NCBI GenBank assembly: GCA_044892525.1 | Contig: CM097885.1 | Location: 34,660,001 to 34,724,000 of the forward strand | DNA from: Schmidtea polychroa | Taxonomy: Eukaryota | DNA length: 64,000 bases | Reading direction: 5' to 3' | Shown: positions 1 through 64,000 of the stretch, piece after piece | Numbering within the stretch: position 1 is the first letter of the stretch | Layout: the number at the start of each line of letters is the position of its first letter | Translations under genes and position numbers: made by a program | Notes under the pieces: generated by a model | Databases searched by the model: none | Told to the model about the DNA's origin: nothing | What the model saw: only the letters and a program-made list of their open reading frames with translations

Positions 1-853
1 TACCATTTTAGATTTTATTTCCTCACACTATGTTACTAGAGAAAGTTACTATGCAGAAAGAAGTGAGTGTCACATAACGCAACATTGATGTAAATAAATA
101 TAGTATAGACCTGGGAAAATGAGACTTAATTCAGATAAGTTGTACTTACATATTATTAAACCTGAACTGTTTTTTAACTTCTTTCAAAATAGTAATATTA
201 TTTAAATATTATGTCGGGTTCCATGAATAAACTGAACATGATAAGACAGAATATTTTATAACAGAACATGATATAATAAAAATAGTGTGATGTAATCACA
301 CTTTTGGGTACCTCAATCGCGATAGCTTTTAACATGATGATTGACTATAGAGATATCAAATAATGAGTAATAATTTTTTCTGGCTATAGTGTAAATGTCT
401 TTTTTTTAATGAATTATTTTAAAAAAATATTTGGAGGTATTTTTAAAAATGTTTTTTTTGTTTAAATATATTTTGGCGCGATTTGAAATATAATAATTTA
501 TGATCCTATGTCCATAAATTATGTGTGTGTTTAAGTAGTGAGAAATATATTTATGTATTGTTTATTTAATGTCCTTATATGGTGCTGTTACCTATTATTA
601 TGTAGTATGATTATCTAATCTCCATACATAGTATGTGTGGGTGGGTTGGATACCCATTGGATTTATATAGATTGTTTACATAGTCCTGTTACATAGTTTG
701 CATTTTATTTTTTTATTAATTAGCTTTTTGAATTAATTGCTATTATTTAATTTTAAATTATAAATCTTTATTTATATTTATTTTATTATTTATTTTTTTT
801 TAATATTAATTTTTATTTTTAATTAACTTTATTTAATTATTTCATTGTTTTAA

Positions 854-990
854 AGTATAAAGTGGTGATTTCTTGGTAGAATCATTAATTAAATTTTAAA
901 CAATTAAATGATAATTTAACCATTTTGCTTCAAATAATATATTTAATACAAATGAAAAAAATTTCGAATATATGAATAGCCCTTTTGTTT
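854..990 (+). repeat. Long-TIR family copy 1 (single arm with outer terminus)
   Basis: AGTATAAAGTGGTGATTTCTTGGTAG..TTAAACAATTAAATGATAATTTAA..; embedded in degenerate A/T low-complexity sequence. Confidence 0.8.
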
Positions 991-1791
991 AATTACAAAA
1001 TTTATTTAATTTCTTTTTTTTAATTAATTATTTAACTATTATATTTGATTTTTAATTATTTTATTTAATTATTTTATTTATTAATTTTAATTATTAATTT
1101 TTATTTAAAATAATTTTATTTTTATTATTTATTATATTATTATTATTTCTTTTAAGTTTAACTTATTTATCTTTTTTATTTTATTAATATTAATTATTAA
1201 CATTTAATTGTTAATTTTTATTTAACTTTATTTAATTTTATTTAATAGTTTTAGTTATTTATTTTATTTATCGTAGCTTATTATCTTCAAAAGCTAATTT
1301 TTCACATCATTATAAAACTTTATTATTCATGCAATATCTCAGTGAATTGCATCATAGTAAGAAATTATTTTTTCAGATTGTAACAAAGTAATAAAATATT
1401 CAAATAAATTGCAACAAAGTAATATATATATTCAATGAAATTACATTAAAATTATTAAATATTTAAATAAATTGAATCAAGAACATAAAAATTTAAGTTA
1501 AATACACAAACTAGCCTTTATCTTACTGTGGGCTTATGTTTCTGGATGTAATTTACAGTGCCTGTACATTTTATATTACATTTTCTTTAAGCTGAAAAGC
1601 TGTATATTTTAATTAAAGTATTTTATTTTATGGTTTCACAAAGAAATAATATTGTGGGTCAGTTAAGTAATCTTATGGAATTAATTGCTTGGATTAATGT
1701 TTTTTGTTATTGAGAAAAATTATAGAAAGGCATTTTATTTTTTGTTGAGTATTTTGTGGACATATTGTACTTGCATGTTTTCATTTATATA

Positions 1792-2028
1792 CTCCCTCTG
1801 TCCAAAAATGATAGTCCAGTTTGACTTTTTTGGTGATTTCTTTTATACGTAACAGTGATACTTAAAATGCAGTTTTGTTATTTGTTCAATCAATAAAATA
1901 AAATTATTTAATGTGTTTTTACTGTAAAAGGTTTTACAAAACCGTTTAATTTTTTATATTTTCTTTTGACAATTGTTTTGGGAAAAAGGCTAAAATGCAA
2001 CTGGACTATCATTTTTGGACAGAGGGAG
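1792..2028. mobile_element. Tc1/mariner-type MITE with Stowaway-like ends
   Basis: Perfect 30-bp TIR CTCCCTCTGTCCAAAAATGATAGTCCAGTT, TA on both flanks, 237 bp, non-coding. Confidence 0.9.
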
Positions 2029-3400
2029 TACTTTCTTTACCTCCCTCTATAATATAAATTTTGAATTTATTTTAGTCCTGGAAGTCAATTAATTATATAT
2101 TGTTTATTATTATTGAATTAATGTGTTTATATTTTAGAACTTCTCAGCGTTCTTTAATAATTGAAATTTAGTGTATTTTCAAAATTTTAAAAATATTTTT
2201 GTCAGAATTATTATTCATCATTATTTTCTATGTCCTTTTTAATAAGTTTTAATAACTATAAATTTCAAAATTATTTAAACAATTTTAAGTTTTAACATAT
2301 AACATTTTATATAGCAAAGATTTTATGTTTATATCAAACAAGTATTTCTAATTTTTAAACATTATATTACTAAAAATATCTATAAAATTTTAATAAAAAT
2401 ACAATTTTAACCAAATGATTTTTAAAAATTTTAATATATCTTTAACTGCATTATTTTCATTCTGAAATTCTCATCCTAATAGATTTTCCATTTTATTTAA
2501 TTTTTAAATTTTCATGTGAGAACTCATTAATAATTTGGTAACATTTATGTTCCAAGGCACCATAGTGATAGTTAAAATTAATAATTTATTCTTGAACTTG
2601 GTGCAATTTTAAAAAATTTATCCCAAAGGCGAAGAATAAAGGCATTATAAATGACACAATTACAATGCACGATTGTTAGTTTTGATACAATCTAACCATT
2701 ATGAAAATGGATCAAAACAATATTTTCATTTGTCTCCAAGTCTACTATAGTTTTACAAAATTAAAAGCTGGCTTTAAAACACAACCCTTACAAGCCTATA
2801 TAAATAATAAAACAAAAAAGGTGTGTCAATCTCGTGGTTAGGTCCAAAGCTAAAAATGTCTTAATTGTGACATAATTAATTTAAAACTACATTTAGTAAT
2901 TTCACTGAGGGTTACGCTTCTGGAGCTTGAATTCCTCTCATACTTCTGTGGCTCGAATATTATTCTCTACACTGAGTTTTAAACGAACTTTAGGCCTTCA
3001 AACAGCTTTCAAATTATTTCCATTTGTTTATTTATTTTACTCATGTTATCATTTATTTTTTAAAAGTTATCGAGCTAGTTTTAAAATGTGTATCTGAAAC
3101 ACAAATATTATTTAAACAAAATTAGAACTAAGATATTAATAGTAATTAACATTAATTAACATCTTCATTTATTTTTTAAACTATCGATCAATAATTTTTT
3201 TATATTTAACACGAATTTTCGGTAGTCCTTATTCAATTTTTAAATTTACATTTAAATTCAGAAAACATTTTTTAATGAATTTAATTAACCAATTAAAACA
3301 CATATTTTAAATTAAATATAACAAATTTTGTTACAATAATTATTTTTAACTTTTTCTAGCCATTTAATAAAAAAAATAATAAAAATAAATTATCAAGTAC

Positions 3401-56677
<53,277 letters not shown>

Positions 56678-58549
56678 CTGAAATAAAACAAAGTTACCTT
56701 TATTAATTAATTTATTTTAGTTTTATCTTGAAAGAATATTCAGAAATTAACAATCAATCATTTATAATTTAACAAAATTAAAAAAATGTTTTGAGCAAAA
56801 TGTTTGTAACAAATATATTTTCACTTAAATTTAAATGAAATTTAGAAATGATAATGAAAAAATATTTTTAATTTTCATTCTTTTGTTTTTAACAAATTTA
56901 TTTTTAATGTATTTTTTAGCTAAAAATAGAAATTCAATTTAATTTATTTAATTAAAATTTATTTATCGACTTAAAATTAAAGCTGGTTCCGATTAAATTT
57001 AAGTTTTATTATCATCAATTTTTAAATTTAAATAAAGTTTCGACTTGATTTAATAATTTGACTTTTGTTCCTGAGAGACTTGGTGAAAACAGCTGGGTCG
57101 TCATTTACATTTGTTATACATTTCACTTTAGAGAAGGACGTTGGATTTATACTTACTTTACTTTAAATTAACCTACAAAGTGAAAGGAAAAGCGAATGTA
57201 ATATGTTTGCGACATATCATGGAATGAGTTCAATATCTTCATATATGTTACGTTTTCAGCAAACATACAACTATACGTACATATATGTACGACAATAGCA
57301 CACATCGGTGGTAGAATACAAAATTTCAAAACGTATATCTATTGGCGTAAAACACTACAAATATTCTTTGGAAAACGTATATTTACGGACATAGAAGCGA
57401 AAGGGTTATTATATCATAAACGACAAATTCGGTCTATTTTGTAAAAATTAAATAAATTGCAATTAATAAGAATGAGAAATTACAATAAGCACCTTTACCA
57501 AGCATTTTCTAACCCTGAATTTTAATGTACGTCACTTAGATAATTTTTAAATATTGCCCTTTTTGTTTATTTAAAATATTTTAAAATGTAAATTTTGAAA
57601 TGAAACTTTTTTCATAAATAAAACATTTGAATTTAGCAAAATAAATATTAATATTTAATATAGAACCAATTTAAAGATAATTGAGAAATCAAAACATTTC
57701 GTTCTGAAACGGTGTATTGAATATTATTTAAACAATAAATAAATAAAAAAGCAATGCAATCTTTACTGATAAATCGAAATTTCCCAATTAAAAATCGAAA
57801 AAAAATATCTGAGAAAAATAAGAATATCACCGGGGAGATAACAATTACATTTTGCTATGAAAGGCAATAATCCCAACAAAATTCATTTTTAAATTGAATA
57901 ATAAAATATTTTCTTTTGTTTAAATAGTTAAAACTCTTTAAAAATTATGACAAAAAGACTTCAAAACTTATTCATATTTTGAAACAAAATAATCTCCTAA
58001 TTGCAAAAAAAAAGAAATTTTATTGTCATTTATTTTTAATCTCTTGTTTAAATGAGGCAAATAAAGCAAATGGAAACAAAATGATTGATATAAAATTTAT
58101 TTCATTGTGGAAACGTTGTGACCTCATTGACACAAGGGAACAATATATTGTTTTAATAAACACTTTGAAACATTAATAAAATCTTTAATAAAATTAAAAT
58201 TACATGAAATAGTAAGTGAAAGAAATGTATAAAATTTTCATTTATAAAATATCTTTTTTAACGATTTAAATTCTTAAAAGAAAAGAACAAATGTTCAAAG
58301 GCAGAATCTACAATATTTCAATATTTAGTGGTCAGGATTATACAAAAATGAAACATTTTCTTTTAATAAAAGTTTATAAAATAGCTTCGGATAGATGGAA
58401 AATATTAATAACATATTAATGACATTAATTTAATTAGAATTTCATTGTTTGTTTGAATGCAGTCCTATTTTGGCATAATTTCAAAGATTTAATTAAAGTT
58501 CTTAATTAATTTATTTCTTCATCAACTGATTTTTATCAACTTTCTTAAA

Positions 58550-59200
58550 CTATATATGTGAGTGCGATCCCTAATGCTCAATGATGTCTTTCGTTTCCCT
58601 ATTATCTTGTGAATGATGGACTATAGGTTTAATACTGTTTCTATTCAATTATTTATAGTTCTTGAAAGTAACTACTACTAAATAGAGTTCCTTTAACTAG
58701 TAAAGTCTAGTAAAGTCATCTAGTAACGATTAAAATATCCTACAATAATATCATCCAAATAGACATTGTTCTTTGAAGGTTGCTGAAACACTTTGTAGAC
58801 AGAAGGTCATGTACAAAATAAATTCAAACATCCACAAACGGGCCTCATTGCGGTCCCATAAATATTTGGAAAATTATTTTGGTAGAATTTTTTCTATATT
58901 AGTCGTGGAGAATATTATTTTATTGCTTGTTAATTTTATCCTAAACTCTAGGAAATTGTAATCTGCTTGGAATTGTTTAGCTGTTAATCATGCAATCAAC
59001 TCCAAAAGCTAATTTGTTTCTCTTCACATTTACCACTTTTAGTAGGGAGATATTTGACAACTTTGATGACTTGCATTTTCTATCTTTTACAATATCACTA
59101 AACATTGTTCCCATTTGACTGTTTTTGTTAAATGAATTTTTTAATTACTTACATATTCTAAATGGCTTTGAATTTCATATTTTCCCCACCATATTTGGGA
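58550..59200 (-). mobile_element. Penelope-like RT remnant
   Basis: KFYQ..YGTAM (cf. YxQxxGxAMG); heavily decayed. Confidence 0.35.
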
Positions 59201-59576
59201 AATGTTTGTTTTTTTCGAGGAAATTACAGTTTTATATTGAAACATTATAAACATGAAATATTTTATCACAGGTCTGCTATTTTCGTATGTAGAAATTTGT
59301 TTTCAACATTTCAAATAATAGAACATTTGAATGATAGCTGAAATTATTTTTGTTAAACAAGAAACGGCAAAACTTTTATCAATTAAATATTTTACTGTGA
59401 AATCCTCTTTAGTTAAATTATCTTTTTCAATCAGAGAGAAACAATCGAAAGAGAGACTTGTTAAATTTTGTATTGGAATGATCAGGATCTATTTTAGGTT
59501 GAAATATTTCATTTTATGAATAAATACTGTGGATTATGGGTTATATAGTTATTTATTTGAATTATATTTTAATAAA

Positions 59577-60033
<457 letters not shown>

Positions 60034-61917
60034 TATAATGAATCCTAAGTATGAAATAGTATTTATTTTTCATTTATAAGGTTAATAATTTGTATATAAT
60101 ACTTATTGAAAAATGCATTTTTTAAAACAATATTACTGTTGCTAAGGAATCGCTGGAATTAAAACACTTGAAATGACATAAAATATCTAATATAATAAAA
60201 ATATTTAGTTAAATAAATAATTAAATAAATATTATTTGTTTACAGAAAAATAATTTTAATATAAAATAAATATAGTGATTTCTCTAAATGATCCGAGTGT
60301 ACTTTTTAGTATTAATTAATTTATATATATTTTGGGTCTATATGAATTTCTATTAAATGAGAATCCTCGTGTTTTTTAATGAACAAATGATATTGAAATG
60401 TTTAAAATTCATTTCTCTCTTTTAACAATAAAGAAATTTTTATTTTCTCTCTATAGCAAACTGGCAGAAACAGTTGGTAATGAGAATGATGCGCATAAGG
60501 GTATTGCAATTAATACAAATTAGACTCTCTTAAACAGCAAAAACAATTACCGGACTTTCTTGTAAAATCGGAGATAAGATATGTCAATGGAGACTTTCTA
60601 ATGAGGAATCTTTCAATTTTGATAGTTCTGAAAATGAAGTTGTAAGTAGTGAGGAATTTCAAAAAAATTTCTTTTACCAGAGGTAAATTTATTTTTAATA
60701 GTAAATCTGAGAAAGAAGAACCCGTTTTGAAAAATACTTCAGATATAATGTTTAATCTGGGATTTTTTGGTCTTTTTGAAATGAGTCAAGATGATAAGGA
60801 AATAAAGGATTACAATTTACGCCTGTTTAAGTGATAACTTTTGTTTTCAAATCATAATGATTTTTGGAAAAACAACATTTTAATTAGTTAATTAATTAGT
60901 TTGTATTTTTGAAATTATATCTTCAAGAAAGCCCATAAATTTGAAATTATTAGTTTTGCCACCAATTTCCATTCTCCCTCAAACAATATAGACTTTTACA
61001 TTTGGAATTTTATTAATTAATTTTAAAATAATTTTACATACTTTAAAAAAACATAGATAAATCTGCGTCATAATAACTTCAAATTTATAATACAAATCAA
61101 GACATTTCACTTAATAAATTAATATTTCAGAATTGAAATGAAAACTTAGAGAAAATAATTGCTTCAATTTTGAAACAATTAAAAAGAATTTTAACAAACA
61201 AATTTGAAATTATTTCTACGTATAAATAATTCGCGAATGTCTAATTTTTATATGCCTATTTAAACACAATAAAATGTCATTAAATGCACTATATTTTTGT
61301 TGAAAGGAAAATTATTATTTACAAAGTATATATTGGCAAAAAGAAATAATTTTCAAGGAAACTAGTGAAATGATTTCCTGCTCCACCTTCAATAAAATGC
61401 TGATTATGCCCCCGCGGAAGAAAATAAAGTATAACTCGAGTAATAGACATTAGTAAACATGTGAAAAGGCGTCATAGAGAAAGAAAAACAATAATATTTT
61501 TCATTATTTAAATTTATCTCTTACGAAACTCATTTACGGAATTCACAGACTAATCAATATTCGTAAAATACAGTAATGATTCTTTGTAATTACCGAGAAA
61601 TTATGCAAATATCGTCAACACTTTTTGTAACAAGAAAAACAATAAATTTTGTTTCTTCGAAAATCGCTACAGAATTTTTCATTAAGAGAAATAATATCGT
61701 GACAGAGTCGGTGAGATTAGCACTGATATTAAATCCGTTTCGGTACATGTTGAAATTCTGAGAACAATTCTCCATAATTTTCGTTTTATCTTGTGTCTAT
61801 TAATGAAATTATAACAGTTTCAGTATATGCAATTGTAAGAAAAACCGATGATTTATTTATTTTTCAATTATTCAAAATCTCTGCTTGGGTTTTCTTGTAA
61901 TAAAAGTTTTTTGTTAA

Positions 61918-62506
<589 letters not shown>

Positions 62507-62517
62507 GTAATAATAAC

Positions 62518-62752
<235 letters not shown>

Positions 62753-64000
62753 TTAAGTTGAATAAGAGAAAAAATAATTGAAATAAAAAAATAGATTTCA
62801 AATGGATTTTCATTTATTTCATTTCCCGCTTTCACATGTACATCAAAATAAAACACGATTATCATTAAAATCATTGCATTATCATACATAACTGGGAAAT
62901 TAATTTAGTATTTCAAGCAAAGTTACTGTTCTTATTGGGTTATAGGAATTTCTATTTTTTCTAAGTATGTCATTTTTAAAACAAATGACTGGAAATTGTA
63001 TCTCTCATGCGAATGTACATGTTTTGTTGATCATTTAGATCTCGTGAAACAAATTTTAATTAAAATTCAAATATCTCGAAGAAATGAAGATTTTCATAGT
63101 GACTTGTATCATTATTTCATGCAGAGTATTTCTATTCTTACTAAATATAATAATTTCTTACAAGAATCACTGAGGTAAATATATGGATTTCAAATAGTTA
63201 TTATTATTAACTCTTTAATTGCCGTGTCAGTTGTATATGCCCAACTTCATCAAGTATGGAAGACGCCAAAAACGATTGACTCTTGGTTTTAATAGGAGCC
63301 ATGTAATGATATGCATAAATTTGTATTATATGTTAAACATTTATAATATCACTGTTATGCATATGGGACTAACATGGGCTCTAGGGAAAAAATATCTTTC
63401 TGGACTATTTCTATAATATATGGTTGATATTAAAAAACCTTTCTTGTTTAGAACCTATTCGAAAAAAAGACATAAAAAGGAAGCCATATCTTTGTGTCTA
63501 CTTTATTAATCATGTTAATTAATAATCCTAATTTGGCTCAGGGTTAATTGGGATTTTATTAGTAAACAACTTTGTTTTTGTTAATATATACTAATTAAAT
63601 AAAATAATAATCTTCTAATTAATTTCTATTATATTTTATATATTTTCATTAATTAATTAATGTCTACAAAACATTTCATACATCTTCCATCGAAGTGAAT
63701 TTTTTTTCACAAATAACATTTTTTCATAATAACATTTTTCATAATCCAACTAATAAATTCCAATATAATTATTAATTAATTATATTAATATATTTTTTGA
63801 GTATTTTCAAAAATTATATTTTATTTTAAAACTTAGAGAAATAAAATAATTATTATTTAACGTTCATGTGGCTGAATTATTTATTTCTATTTCTGATAGT
63901 GATTAAAACAAATTCAAACAAAATCGGAAATCACAAAAAATCATCCCACCATATTGAAATCATCGAGCCGTATATTTACTAGAAAAAATCAAAATTTTAC

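Noticed and set aside
2540..2570. Possible next DGK exon (VPW-like)
   Set aside because: No acceptor and no YxAG motif; the next exon probably lies outside the window.
56678..57175. Candidate first DGK exon (57040-57170) or a 20-nt intron at 56678-56697
   Set aside because: No homology support and no convincing phase-compatible exon; left unresolved.

Overview
Very AT-rich eukaryotic (animal) genomic DNA. No prokaryotic operons, rRNA/tRNA genes or CRISPR arrays were found. Most of the window (3401-56677, minus strand) is the internal part of one type IV diacylglycerol kinase gene (DGK zeta/iota, rdgA-like). I reconstructed 14 GT-AG exons (1458 nt, reading frame continuous) encoding C1A, C1B, a basic MARCKS-like segment, the catalytic domain and the start of the accessory domain. 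The first exon was not located and the 3' exons lie off the left edge. Intron sizes are strictly bimodal: eight of 42-52 nt and five of 4.8-15.7 kb. The large introns hold an intact, intronless Tra2-like SR splicing-factor gene on the same strand, decayed PSMA4 and ASF1 gene fragments, a Polinton/adintovirus penton-like fragment and many decayed transposons (hAT, Tigger/pogo, Tc1/IS630-like, Merlin, Chapaev3-like, piggyBac-like, Ty3/gypsy, REL-clade non-LTR, Penelope-like, MITEs). They also contain a near-perfect 68 x 11-bp array and long (AAT)n tracts. The least explained structure is a long-inverted-repeat (foldback) element family with five copies, associated with (AAT)n arrays or their decayed remnants. 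All family assignments rest on motifs recognised by eye; no database searches were run and the species cannot be determined.
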